A DNA stretch of 64,000 nt. It comes from Gaiellaceae bacterium. Its GTDB lineage: Bacteria > Actinomycetota > Thermoleophilia > Gaiellales > Gaiellaceae. The stretch spans positions 9,620 through 73,619 of the forward strand of contig DASSQE010000044.1 of assembly GCA_035702645.1 (NCBI GenBank). Reading direction: 5' to 3'. Shown here piece after piece: positions 19,404 to 28,743 of the stretch. The position numbers were made by a program, and so were the translations under genes. The notes beneath the pieces were generated by a model that had not been told where the DNA came from, did not search any database, and worked only from the letters and a program-made list of their open reading frames with translations. Within the stretch, counting starts at the first letter, position 1; each line of letters begins with the position of its first letter.

Positions 19404-20578
19404 CGGACGGCGGATCCGGCCGCGATCTCGCCCCTGCCCCGCGGCACGTGGACGAGCGCGTCCGCGGATGCGGCGCGCACGATCATGTGCGACTCCTGGC
19501 CGGCGACCGGATCGACCACCACTCCGTCGTCCTCCCACCTGCGGCGAGCGCGGATGAACTCGTCGCGACGCTCGTTCCGATCGAGCGCCCGGACAGCCCG
19601 CGCGACCTCGTAGCGCGGGCCCGGGTCCGCCGCGCCCTGAATCGCGAGCACCGCAGGCACCACGAACAGAAGCGCTGCCACGAGGGTCGACACAGGGTTT
19701 CCCGGCAGCCCGAAGACGAGCGTGCGCTCGCGGACGCCGAAGGAGAGCGGCTTCCCGGGCTTCACGGCAACACCCCAGAACACCTCCTCGACGCCGAGCT
19801 CCGACTCGAGCTTCCGGACGAGATCGTGAGGACCGACGGACACGCCGCCGGTGGTCACGAGCATGTCTGCCTCGAGCCCATGGGCGAGAGCGTCGCGGTG
19901 GGCAGCCTCGTCGTCTGGCACGGTCGCGAGCACCTCGACCTCCGCACTCGCCGCGCTGAGGAGCGATGCGAGCATCTGCCGGTTCGACTCGAAGATCTGG
20001 CCGGGCTCGAGATCCTCGCCGGGCGCTCTGAGCTCGCTCCCGGTAGCGAGCACGGCGACGCGGGGCCGCCGGGCGCACTCGACCTCCGAGACGCCGGCTG
20101 CCCCGAGAGCGCCGACGTGCCAGGCGCCGAGCCGCGCTCCCGAGTCCACGACGACGCTCCCCGCCGTGACGTCGCCCCCTCGGGGCCGGACATGGGCGCC
20201 TGCTTGCACAGCCTCGGAGACCTCCACCCGCCCGTCGGTCTCGACCACGTTCTCGATCGGGACGACGGCATCGGCACCGTCCGGGACGGCCGCTCCAGTC
20301 GAGATCTCCGCCGCCGTGCCCGCCGCGAGAGGGGCGGACGCAGGAACGCCTGCCGCGATTCGCTCCACGATCGGGAGGACTCCGGGGGTCGCGGAGGCGA
20401 GAACCGCGAACCCGTCCATCGCCGAGCTCGGGAAGGGTGGGAGGTCGATGCGTGCCCTCGCCGGTGACGAGAGCACCCTGCCCGTCGCAGCCCCGATCGG
20501 AACGAGCTCGGAAGCAAGGGGCGATGCATGCTCGAGCACGGACGCCAGCGCCTCGTCGATCGTCTTCAACGACGCCAT
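19385..20578 (-). CDS. moeA: Molybdopterin molybdenumtransferase
   Basis: Internal ATG at 20578 (MASLKTIDEAL...) of tracked ORF 19385..21322. Motifs LPPFPSSAMDGFAV, TTGGVSVG and GLPGNPVS. The upstream part of the tracked ORF is antisense to the GT2 gene. Confidence 0.88.
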   Translation of the reverse strand: MASLKTIDEALASVLEHASPLASELVPIGAATGRVLSSPARARIDLPPFPSSAMDGFAVLASATPGVLPIVERIAAGVPASAPLAAGTAAEISTGAAVPDGADAVVPIENVVETDGRVEVSEAVQAGAHVRPRGGDVTAGSVVVDSGARLGAWHVGALGAAGVSEVECARRPRVAVLATGSELRAPGEDLEPGQIFESNRQMLASLLSAASAEVEVLATVPDDEAAHRDALAHGLEADMLVTTGGVSVGPHDLVRKLESELGVEEVFWGVAVKPGKPLSFGVRERTLVFGLPGNPVSTLVAALLFVVPAVLAIQGAADPGPRYEVARAVRALDRNERRDEFIRARRRWEDDGVVVDPVAGQESHMIVRAASADALVHVPRGRGEIAAGSAVRYLALA

Positions 20579-20632
20579 CGGAGAACCGTAGCGAGGGACG
20601 ATATCGGCCTGGCCTCTCGGTACCCTCGTGGC

Positions 20633-21571
20633 GTGATCTCCGTCGTCGTCCCGCTCTACAACGAGGAGCAGACGCTCGAGGAGCTGTACGGCGAGATCGC
20701 AGCGGCTCTCGAGCCCCGCGACGAGCCGTTCGAGGTCCTGTTCGTCGACGACGGGTCCACCGACGCGAGCTTCTCGGTCGTCACGCGGCTTCACGACACG
20801 ACGCCGAACACCCGCGGCGTGCGATTCCGCCGTAACTTCGGGAAGGCGGCCGCGCTCCAGGCGGGATTCCTCCATGCCCGCGGAGACGTCATCGTGACGA
20901 TCGACGCCGACCTCCAGGACGATCCCGCGGAGATCCCGATGCTCCTGGCGAAGCTCGACGAGGGCTACGACCTCGTCTCGGGATGGAAGTCGCAGCGCCG
21001 TGACCCCTTCGTGCGCAGGTTTCTCTCGAAGATCTTCAACTGGCTCATCGTGCTCCTCTCGGGCGTGCACCTGCACGACGTCAACTGCGGGCTCAAGGCG
21101 TACCGCGCCGAGGTCGTCCAGGGAATGCGGATCTACGGCGAGCTCCATCGCTTCATCCCGGTCCTCGCCCACTTCCGCGGCTTTCGCATCACGGAGGTCG
21201 CGGTGAACCACCGCGCTCGCGTGCACGGCCGCTCTCGCTACGGGCCCGAGCGCTACGTGCGCGCGTTCCTCGACCTGCTCACGGTGACGTTCATGGGCCG
21301 CTACCGGTACCGGCCCCTGCACCTGTTCGGAGGGCTCGGCATCCTCCTCGGGGCCGTCGGGTTCATCGTCCTCGTCTATCTGACCTCGCTGAAGATCAAC
21401 GGGCAGGCGATCGGCCAGCGGCCGCTGCTAACGCTCGGCGTCCTCTTCGTCGTCGTGGGGATCCAGTTCGTGTCGCTCGGCCTCCTCTCGGAGCTGATCA
21501 CCTCGCAGCACGAGGAGCGCGTCCCCGAGGAGCGTCGGATCGAGGACCTCGTCGGCGACGTGCTCGACTGA
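20633..21571 (+). CDS. Family 2 glycosyltransferase, polyprenyl-phosphate glycosyltransferase type (GtrB/ArnC-like)
   Basis: VVVPLYNEE, FVDDGSTD and DADLQDDP motifs plus two C-terminal TM helices. A GTG at 20633 fits the usual N-terminus; the tracked ORF starts at 20528. Confidence 0.82.
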   Translation: MISVVVPLYNEEQTLEELYGEIAAALEPRDEPFEVLFVDDGSTDASFSVVTRLHDTTPNTRGVRFRRNFGKAAALQAGFLHARGDVIVTIDADLQDDPAEIPMLLAKLDEGYDLVSGWKSQRRDPFVRRFLSKIFNWLIVLLSGVHLHDVNCGLKAYRAEVVQGMRIYGELHRFIPVLAHFRGFRITEVAVNHRARVHGRSRYGPERYVRAFLDLLTVTFMGRYRYRPLHLFGGLGILLGAVGFIVLVYLTSLKINGQAIGQRPLLTLGVLFVVVGIQFVSLGLLSELITSQHEERVPEERRIEDLVGDVLD

Positions 21572-21578
21572 CGGCCGG

Positions 21579-23708
21579 CTACGGGGTCGCGCCGATCCCG
21601 CGTGTCGTGGTCGTCGGTGACGTCGTCGTCCCGGCGGTCGTCGTCGCCTGGGTCGTCGTGGTCGTGTCGGTCGTCGCGGGGTGGGCGTTGGGGTCGTACG
21701 TGAGGGCATAGCGCCCGCGCGTGAACGCCTTCCAGACCGGCCAGCTGTCGGGCTCGGGGAAGGGGATACGCTGGGTGCCTGCGAGCGCGGGCTGCATGAA
21801 GAGCCGCCAGATCTCCGCCGGGAACGTTCCGCCCGCGACCGCGATCCCGTGGACGTTCTCCATCGGGATCTCCCCGCGCGTGTACCCAACCCAGACCGTC
21901 GTCGCGAGCGCGGGGGTGTAGCCCGCGAACCAGGCGTCTTCGTGGTTCTCGTTCGTGCCGGTCTTCCCGGCTTCCGGATAGCCGAAGTTGGCCTGGGTGC
22001 CGGTTCCGTACTGGACGTTCTGCTCGAGGATCCGCGTCACGACAGCCGCGACGCCCTCCGAGATCGCACGGCGCCGGACCGGTCGGCCCCAGCCCGCGTC
22101 GGTGTCCACCTTCCCGTCGCGGAGGACGACCTTGCGGATCGCCATCGGCTGCGTGTAGACGCCCTGGTCGGCGAAGGTCGCGTACGCGGACGCGAGATCG
22201 AGGGGCGACACGGCGATCGAGCCGAGCCCGATCGACGGCACGTATGCGCCGTTGACGTCCAGCCGCGACTGCACGCCCATGCGCCGCGCAACGTCCGCGA
22301 CCCGCTTGGCCGTGACGTCGAGGGTGAGTTGCGCGAAGACGGTGTTGTCCGAGCGGATGGTCGCGCTTCGGATCGAGCTCCACCCGGAGTAGGTGTTCTC
22401 GTAGGTATGGACGCACCACCAGCTTCCGTCCTCGCAGTTGCCATTCGTCACCGGCTTGTACGTGAACGGTGCGGACACGTAGTACGTCGTGTCGGGGTTG
22501 ATGCCCATCTCGACCGCGGCGGCCAGGACGAAGGCCTTGAACGTCGAGCCAGGCTGGCGGCGTGCCTGAGAGAGAAGGTTGAACTCGTTCTTCGGCTGGT
22601 TCGGGATGACGGCGGTCATCGCGCGAATCGCTCCCGTCCGCGGGTTGATCGAGATGAGCGCGGCGGCCGGATCGCTCTTCAGATTCAGCGTCTGCTTTAT
22701 CGCCTGCTCGGCCAGTCGCTGATAGCGGGGGACGATCGTCGTGTACACCTGCAGCCCGCCGGAGCGCACCGTCTCGGCGCCGTACTGCTCGATCAGCTTG
22801 TCCCGCACGTACCCGAAGAAGTACGGCTCGCGAATCTCGCTGTAGAGCCTCCCGCGCCTCAAGACGATCGGAGCCGCGACCGCCCTCCGATACCGCCCCG
22901 GCGTAATCGTCTTCGTCTCGAGCATCGCCTGGAGCACCTCGTTCCGCCGGGCGAGCACCAGAGCGGGAGCCGTGAACGGGTCGTACACCGACGGCGCCTG
23001 CGGCAGGCCTGCGAGCATCGCCGACTGACCGAGCGTCAGGTCCTTCGCGTGCTTCGAGAAGTACGTCTCGGCGGCCGCCTCGATCCCGTACGCCTGGTTT
23101 CCGTAGTAGACCTGGTTCAGGTAGGTCGTGAGGATCCGCTGCTTGGACCACGCGTTGTCGAGCTTCGTGGCGAGGCAGGCCTCCTTCAGCTTCCGCTGCA
23201 CGGTTCGCTCCCGGGACACGTAGAGGTTGCGGACGAGCTGCTGCGTGATCGTCGACCCGCCCTCGACGACGCGGCGCGCCTTGGCATCCGCGACGGCAGC
23301 GCGGGCGATCCCTTCGAAGTCGAGACCGCCGTGCTCGAAGAAGCGCCGGTCCTCGATCGCGACCGTCGCCTTCCTCACGGTGAGCGCCATCTCAGCCGCG
23401 CTCACCGGCTGTCGGTTGCGCTCGGCGGGAATCGAGCCGAGCAGGCTCCCGTCGGCCGCGTACAGAAACGAGTTCCTCGCGTCGGTGGAGGCCGCCGGCC
23501 GAAGTGCATCGAGATCGCACGACGAGCCGTAGGCGAACACGGCGGCGCTCGCACCAAGCCCGATCGCGGCCAGCAAAGCAAGCACCCCGACGATCGCGAC
23601 GACGAACGCGTTGCGACGACGGCGGGCCCTCGCGAGCCGCTGCTGGCGGCCGCGTGGGAGCAGCGTGATCGGATCCAGCTTGGAGCGCCTGCCGCTGCCG
23701 CGGCTCAT
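21579..23708 (-). CDS. Class A penicillin-binding protein (transglycosylase/transpeptidase)
   Basis: GT51 motifs EDRRFFEHGG and GGSTITQQL. Transpeptidase motifs STFK, SDN and KTGT. N-terminal TM anchor and a Thr-rich C-terminal tail. Confidence 0.92.
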   Translation of the reverse strand: MSRGSGRRSKLDPITLLPRGRQQRLARARRRRNAFVVAIVGVLALLAAIGLGASAAVFAYGSSCDLDALRPAASTDARNSFLYAADGSLLGSIPAERNRQPVSAAEMALTVRKATVAIEDRRFFEHGGLDFEGIARAAVADAKARRVVEGGSTITQQLVRNLYVSRERTVQRKLKEACLATKLDNAWSKQRILTTYLNQVYYGNQAYGIEAAAETYFSKHAKDLTLGQSAMLAGLPQAPSVYDPFTAPALVLARRNEVLQAMLETKTITPGRYRRAVAAPIVLRRGRLYSEIREPYFFGYVRDKLIEQYGAETVRSGGLQVYTTIVPRYQRLAEQAIKQTLNLKSDPAAALISINPRTGAIRAMTAVIPNQPKNEFNLLSQARRQPGSTFKAFVLAAAVEMGINPDTTYYVSAPFTYKPVTNGNCEDGSWWCVHTYENTYSGWSSIRSATIRSDNTVFAQLTLDVTAKRVADVARRMGVQSRLDVNGAYVPSIGLGSIAVSPLDLASAYATFADQGVYTQPMAIRKVVLRDGKVDTDAGWGRPVRRRAISEGVAAVVTRILEQNVQYGTGTQANFGYPEAGKTGTNENHEDAWFAGYTPALATTVWVGYTRGEIPMENVHGIAVAGGTFPAEIWRLFMQPALAGTQRIPFPEPDSWPVWKAFTRGRYALTYDPNAHPATTDTTTTTQATTTAGTTTSPTTTTRGIGATP

Positions 23709-23803
23709 GGGCGGATGCTAGCCGTCATCTCCACGCGGGTTCGACGCGGCACCGCCAGCTCCTCAGAGCATCGCTCGCGGGCGCGCATGGTGGAATACGC
23801 GCG

Positions 23804-24484
23804 ATGGAGACCGCGGTCGCTGCTCCCTTCGAGCGCTGGCGCCTCGTCGCGTGGCTCGTCTTCGCCTTCGGGCTCGCGGGTCTGGCGTACGCCGCTCGGG
23901 CCGGAGGAGGGAGCGCACCGAACGACCTCGCCTATCGCTGGTCGTCGTCGATCGCCGCGCTCCTCCAGTACGCGGTCATGCTCGGCCTTCTCCTGCTCTT
24001 CACGAAGGGCCTCGACCGAAGGGTCGCGTTCGCGCTGCGCCACCCCACCTCCTGGCCGCGTGCCGTCGGGCTCGCGGCTGCGGGGATCGCAGCGATCTGG
24101 GCAGTCAGCGCCATCCTGTCGCCGTTCCTCGACGCCACGAAGGAGCAGGGCCTCGTCCCGAAAGGCTGGGACGGAAGCCGCTGGGCGCCGTTCGTGGCGT
24201 TCTTCGTCGTCGTCACCTTCGTCGCTCCCGCGGTCGAGGAGCTGACGTACCGGGGCCTCGGCTTCACGCTGATCGCCCCGTTCGGCGTCTGGATCGCGAT
24301 CGTGTCCACCGGGTTGCTCTTCGGCGCCGCCCACGGCCTCGTCGCAGGGTTCCCGGTCCTCGCCTTCTTCGGGATCGCGGTGGGCTGGCTCCGTGCGCGT
24401 ACCGACAGTGTCTATCCGGGCATGCTCTTGCACGCCACGTTCAACGGGGTCGCGCTGATCCTCTCGGTGACGATCGTCCGCTAG
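23804..24484 (+). CDS. CPBP-family intramembrane glutamic endopeptidase (CAAX protease-like)
   Basis: EELTYRG, FGAAHG and HATFNG motifs in a polytopic 226-aa protein. Confidence 0.8.
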   Translation: METAVAAPFERWRLVAWLVFAFGLAGLAYAARAGGGSAPNDLAYRWSSSIAALLQYAVMLGLLLLFTKGLDRRVAFALRHPTSWPRAVGLAAAGIAAIWAVSAILSPFLDATKEQGLVPKGWDGSRWAPFVAFFVVVTFVAPAVEELTYRGLGFTLIAPFGVWIAIVSTGLLFGAAHGLVAGFPVLAFFGIAVGWLRARTDSVYPGMLLHATFNGVALILSVTIVR

Positions 24485-24496
24485 AGCGAGCCGAGC

Positions 24497-25105
24497 CTAG
24501 GACTCGTCCTCGTCGTCTGCATCGGGATCGTCGACGTCTTCGGGATCGTCGACCTCCTCGAGCTGCTCGCTGAGGCTCGTCGCGAACTCCTCCGGTGTGA
24601 CGGTCTCGAGGAACTGGCGGAACTCCGCGGGATCGAGATCGGCCAGGTTGGACGCCGTGACGAGGCGAGGCTGCTCGTCGTCGTCGGCCTGGAACTCGAT
24701 CCCCGACTCCTCGACCACGTCGTCGTCGGCGAAGATCTGCGCGTCACAGCGGACGGCGAGGGCGATCGCATCCGATGGCCTCGAGTCGACGTCGACCTCG
24801 CGTCCGTCCTGCACGATCGTGATGCGCGCGTAGAACGTATTCTCGCGTAGCTCGGTCACCGTCACGCGGATGATCTCGCCCTGGAGCTCGGAGATGACGT
24901 CGGTGAAGAGATCGTGCGTCATCGGCCGCGGCGGGCTCGCGCCCTGGAGCTTCATGAGGATCGCAGCCGCCTCCGCGTGGCCGATCCAGATGGGGAGGAA
25001 CTTCTCGTCGTCCGCGGTCTTCAACAACACGATCGGCTGCTTGCCGATCGGCTCGAAGCTGACTCCGTAGAGCGTCATCTCTCGCATCGCCAGGCCCTCG
25101 CCCAT
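24497..25105 (-). CDS. Bifunctional nuclease family protein (DUF151/BFN) with acidic C-terminal tail
   Basis: LPIWIG..EA.AI and RPMTHDL motifs. The tail is Asp/Glu-rich. The start could be 25105, 25087 or slightly downstream. Confidence 0.75.
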   Translation of the reverse strand: MGEGLAMREMTLYGVSFEPIGKQPIVLLKTADDEKFLPIWIGHAEAAAILMKLQGASPPRPMTHDLFTDVISELQGEIIRVTVTELRENTFYARITIVQDGREVDVDSRPSDAIALAVRCDAQIFADDDVVEESGIEFQADDDEQPRLVTASNLADLDPAEFRQFLETVTPEEFATSLSEQLEEVDDPEDVDDPDADDEDES

Positions 25106-25143
25106 CTTAGACGCGAGGGCGTCCGCTACAGTTGCGCCCCGTC

Positions 25144-25217
25144 GGGCGATTAGCTCAGTCGGTTAGAGCGCCGCTCTGATAAGGCGGAGGCCCCTGGTTC
25201 GAGTCCAGGATCGCCCA
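25144..25217 (+). tRNA. tRNA-Ile: tRNA-Ile (anticodon GAT)
   Basis: Hand-folded. Acceptor GGGCGAT/ATCGCCC plus A, D-arm TAGCTCAGTCGGTTAGAGC, anticodon stem CCGCT/GGCGG with loop CTGATAA, T-arm CCTGGTTCGAGTCCAGG. Confidence 0.9.
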
Positions 25218-25252
25218 CCTCGACGCGGTCCCAGCGCCGGGCGTCGCGGTTG

Positions 25253-26095
25253 CTACGCGAGCGCCTCGAGCGCCTCGACGAGCTCGGCGAGCTTCGTCTC
25301 GTCTCCGAAGCGGATCTGGAGAACACCGTCCGCGACACGCGCGGGGAATCCCGTCAGCCGAGTCGCCGCGGCAGCCGCACGGTCGGCGAGAGCCGGATCG
25401 ACGGCGAGCTTGCGGCGCGGACGCCTGCGCGCTCCCCCGTCCTGGGCGGCGCGTTCGGCCGCGCGGACGGTCATTCCCTCCTTCGCGATGCGGCGAGCGA
25501 GCCGGCGGCGGGCGTCGTCGTCCGGAAGCGAGAGGACGGCGCGGGCGTGACCCTCCGTCATGTCGCCGCGGGCGAGCATCCACAAGACTTCCTCGGGGAG
25601 CTCCAGCAGCCTGAGGCGGTTCGAGACCGCGGACTTCGATCGTCCGACGCGGTCGGCGACGTCGCCCAGGGAGAGCTCGAACTCGTCGACGAGCGACGCG
25701 TACGCCCGCGCTTCCTCCACGGGCGAGAGCTGCTCACGGGCGACGTTCTCGACCAGGCCGAGCAGGAGCGAGTCGCGGTCGTCGGCGTTCCGGACGACCG
25801 CTGGCAGCGTCGGCACGCCGGCGGCGCGAGCCGCACGCCAGCGGCGCTCGCCCGCGATGAGCTCGAACCCGCCTTCAGCTCGCCGCCGTACGACGATCGG
25901 CTGGAGCACGCCTTCCAACCGGATCGAAGCAGCGAGCCCCGCCGACGCCTCCGGCTCGAACCTCCGTCTCGGCTGCCTCGGGTTCGGATGGACCGTCTCG
26001 ACGGGGAGATGGAGGAGCTCCGGCTGACCTCCCTCGCCGAGGAGCACCTCGAGGCCGCGCCCGAGGCCACGCCGTTCTCTAGCGACGCTCGACAA
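25253..26095 (-). CDS. parB: Chromosome partitioning protein ParB
   Basis: RGLGRGL, ParB-box GERRWRAA and an HTH segment. The most plausible start is the in-frame TTG at 26095 (SSVARERRGLGRGL), overlapping the parA end. The tracked ORF to 26281 is off-frame parA. Confidence 0.9.
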   Translation of the reverse strand: MSSVARERRGLGRGLEVLLGEGGQPELLHLPVETVHPNPRQPRRRFEPEASAGLAASIRLEGVLQPIVVRRRAEGGFELIAGERRWRAARAAGVPTLPAVVRNADDRDSLLLGLVENVAREQLSPVEEARAYASLVDEFELSLGDVADRVGRSKSAVSNRLRLLELPEEVLWMLARGDMTEGHARAVLSLPDDDARRRLARRIAKEGMTVRAAERAAQDGGARRRPRRKLAVDPALADRAAAAATRLTGFPARVADGVLQIRFGDETKLAELVEALEALA

Positions 26096-26834
26096 GCTCC
26101 ATCGCCACCCTCCAGTACGCCTGCGCGCCGGTGGACCGGCGGTCGTAGGCGATCGCGGGGAGCCCGTGACTCGGCGCCTCGGCGAGGCGGACCGAGCGCG
26201 GGACGATCGCGGTGAACACGAGGTCGCCGAAGTGTCGACGCAGCTCCGACTCCACCTCGGCGGCCAACCGTGTCCTCGCATCGGCCATCGTCAGCAGGAT
26301 CCCTGCCACCGCGAGGTCCGGGTTGAGCCGTGCCTTCACGAGATTCACCGTCCCGAGAAGCTGCGAGAGCCCCTCGAGCGCGTAGTACTCGGCCTGCACG
26401 GGCACGATCGCGCGGCTCGCGGCGGCGAGCGCGTTCACCGTCAGCGGGCCGAACGAGGGCGGGCAGTCGAGGAAGACGAAGGAGTACGGCTCGAGGCTCG
26501 CCTCGAGCGCCTCTGCCAGGTAACGCTCGCCGCCGGCGCGGGACGCGAGCTCGACGGCAGCGGCGGCGAGATCGCTCTTCGCCGCCACGAGATCGAGGTT
26601 CGGAAACCCCGTCGGGCGGGTCAAGGTCGAGAGCTGCGCGCCGTCGAGGAGATCGAGCGTGGACGTGCCGTTCACCCTCACACCCAGGCCCGAGGTCGCG
26701 TTCGCCTGCGGGTCGAGATCGATGAGGAGCACTCGCTCGCCGGCTTCGGCGAGGCAGGCGCCGATGTTGACGGCCGTCGTCGTCTTGCCGACCCCGCCCT
26801 TCTGGTTCGCGACGGCATACACCCGCGCGGGCAT
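26079..26834 (-). CDS. parA: Chromosome partitioning ATPase ParA/Soj
   Basis: Deviant Walker A NQKGGVGKTT and DLDPQ.NAT motifs; 251 aa. Confidence 0.93.
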   Translation of the reverse strand: MPARVYAVANQKGGVGKTTTAVNIGACLAEAGERVLLIDLDPQANATSGLGVRVNGTSTLDLLDGAQLSTLTRPTGFPNLDLVAAKSDLAAAAVELASRAGGERYLAEALEASLEPYSFVFLDCPPSFGPLTVNALAAASRAIVPVQAEYYALEGLSQLLGTVNLVKARLNPDLAVAGILLTMADARTRLAAEVESELRRHFGDLVFTAIVPRSVRLAEAPSHGLPAIAYDRRSTGAQAYWRVAMELVERR

Positions 26835-26874
26835 CGGACAAGACTAGAGAGGGGGGCGGCTAGAGTCGGAGACG

Positions 26875-27426
26875 ATGCGAGATCCTGCGCCGCCCTACGC
26901 CTGCGAAGGCGCACATGCGCTGTGGCACGTCAGCGAGAACGCCTCGATCGCGCGCTTCGAGCCCCATGTCAGCCGCACCGCCGAGACCTCGGAGCCGCTG
27001 GTCTGGGCGGTCGACACACGACATCTCCCGCTCTTCTGGTTCCCGCGTGAATGCCCTCGCGGGACGTTCTGGGCGACTCCTGACACGACGGCCGTGGACG
27101 CGGAGCTTCTCGCGGGCGCAACACGGGTGCACGCGGTCGAGGGAGCGTGGCTCGAGCGCATCCGGGCCGCGCAGGTCGTCGCATACCGGCTGCCCGAGGA
27201 GACGTTCATCCGTCACACGGAGGTCGGCGGCTACTGGATCAGCCGCGAGCCCGTCGTCCCCGAGGAGACGACCGAGCTCGGCGACCTGCTCGAGCTCCAT
27301 GTGCGCGCGGAGATCGAGCTACGCCTGGTCGGGAACCTGTGGCCGCTCTGGAATCGTGTCTGCGAGTCGACGCTCGAGTTCAGCGGAATCCGGCTCCGGA
27401 ACGCAGCGTCCGTCCCCGTTTCGTAG
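26875..27426 (+). CDS. Conserved hypothetical protein (resembles the DUF6886 family from memory)
   Basis: 183-aa ORF with coding-like composition. HVSE..I.RFEP, LFWFPRECPR and STLEFSGIRLRNA segments recall an uncharacterised actinobacterial family. Not verifiable here. Confidence 0.55.
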   Translation: MRDPAPPYACEGAHALWHVSENASIARFEPHVSRTAETSEPLVWAVDTRHLPLFWFPRECPRGTFWATPDTTAVDAELLAGATRVHAVEGAWLERIRAAQVVAYRLPEETFIRHTEVGGYWISREPVVPEETTELGDLLELHVRAEIELRLVGNLWPLWNRVCESTLEFSGIRLRNAASVPVS

Positions 27427-27467
27427 AGGCTCGACACGACGCTGGCGCGCGCCCGTCCAGCCTCGGC

Positions 27468-28061
27468 CTACGCGAGCGGGCGCTTCTTCGCGACACCCGG
27501 GCGCCGCGGGAAGCCCTCGGGCGTCACGCGGACCTTGCGGAGGACGAGCAATCCGTCCTCTTTCGACTCGACCGTGCCCCCGACACGCTCTGCCGCCGCA
27601 GCGCCCGCCTCGGCGTCCGCGCCCGGGCTGACCCAAAGAATCGCGATCCCACCGGGACGGACGAGCGGGAGACAGAGCTCGGCGGCGACCGGGGGCTTCG
27701 CCAACGCCTTCGCAAGTGCAACGGTGAACGTGTCGGTCGCCTGCGACTCTGCGCGACCCCACACGACGTCGACGTTCGGAACCGAAGCCGTGGTCCGGCG
27801 GAGAAACTCGCAGCGGCGTCGCTGGGAGTCGAGGAGGACGAAGGTCCGTTCGGGAAGCGCGAGCGCGAGCGGAATCCCGGGCGACCCGCCTCCCGAGCCG
27901 ACATCGATCACCGGGCCTTCCGGAGCCGAGGCGACGACATCCGCGGCTCGCAGCGCGTCTGCCACGAGCATGCGACGTGCCTCTTCCCGATCGCGGATCG
28001 CGGTCAGTCCGGGCGTCGCGAGCACGTCCTCGAGCCAGTGCTCGAGGACGCTCGCCGTCAT
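27468..28061 (-). CDS. rsmG: 16S rRNA (guanine527-N7)-methyltransferase
   Basis: SAM motif VIDVGSGGGSPGIPLA, about 197 aa, in the conserved position next to jag/yidC. Confidence 0.88.
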   Translation of the reverse strand: MTASVLEHWLEDVLATPGLTAIRDREEARRMLVADALRAADVVASAPEGPVIDVGSGGGSPGIPLALALPERTFVLLDSQRRRCEFLRRTTASVPNVDVVWGRAESQATDTFTVALAKALAKPPVAAELCLPLVRPGGIAILWVSPGADAEAGAAAAERVGGTVESKEDGLLVLRKVRVTPEGFPRRPGVAKKRPLA

Positions 28062-28062
28062 G

Positions 28063-28743
28063 TCAGTCCGCGCTGCGAGGGAGCACGACGACGTAGCGGT
28101 TGGGCTCCGAGCCTTCGCTCATCGTCTCGACCGCGGGGTCGTCCTTGAGCGCCTCGTGGACGATCTTCCGCTCGACCGCCGTCATCGGCTCCAGCTCGAC
28201 GCGGTCGTTGAGCGCCGCCGCTCGTTGCGCCGAGCGGTGCGCGGTCGCTTCGAGCGAGGCCGTCCTCCGCGCGCGGTAGCCGGCCGCGTCGACCACGATC
28301 TCGTGCTCTCCGCCCTCCGCTCGCACGACTGCGTTCGCGAGGTACTGGATCGCATCGATCGTCTGACCGTGCTTTCCGATAAGGAGCCCGAGATCTTCCC
28401 CGCTGCAGGTCACGACGACGACGCCCTCCCGCTCGACCGCGACGGGTGTGACGTCCGCTCCGATCGCGTCCACGACGCGGCGCACGAACTCTCGTGCGCC
28501 CTCCGCAGCGTCGCTTTGCTCCCCGTTCGCACCCGGCTCGCCCGCGCTCGCATACGCGACGACTCGCGCCGGCGTGTAGCCGACTCCCAACAGCCCCCGC
28601 TCTCCTTCAGACAGCACTTCGAACTGGACGGTGTTCCGGTCGAGGCCCGGCACGAGCTGCTCGAGGTCTCGGAGTGCCGCCCACTTCGCCTCTCCGACCG
28701 TCTCGCCGGTCGCTTCGACCTGGACGCCCCGTGTGCCGCTCAC
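28063..28743 (-). CDS. jag: Jag/KhpB-like RNA-binding protein (Jag_N-KH-R3H)
   Basis: C-terminal R3H segment (ERKIVHEALKDD...SEGSEPNRYVVV), directly downstream of yidC. Confidence 0.82.
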   Translation of the reverse strand: MSGTRGVQVEATGETVGEAKWAALRDLEQLVPGLDRNTVQFEVLSEGERGLLGVGYTPARVVAYASAGEPGANGEQSDAAEGAREFVRRVVDAIGADVTPVAVEREGVVVVTCSGEDLGLLIGKHGQTIDAIQYLANAVVRAEGGEHEIVVDAAGYRARRTASLEATAHRSAQRAAALNDRVELEPMTAVERKIVHEALKDDPAVETMSEGSEPNRYVVVLPRSAD

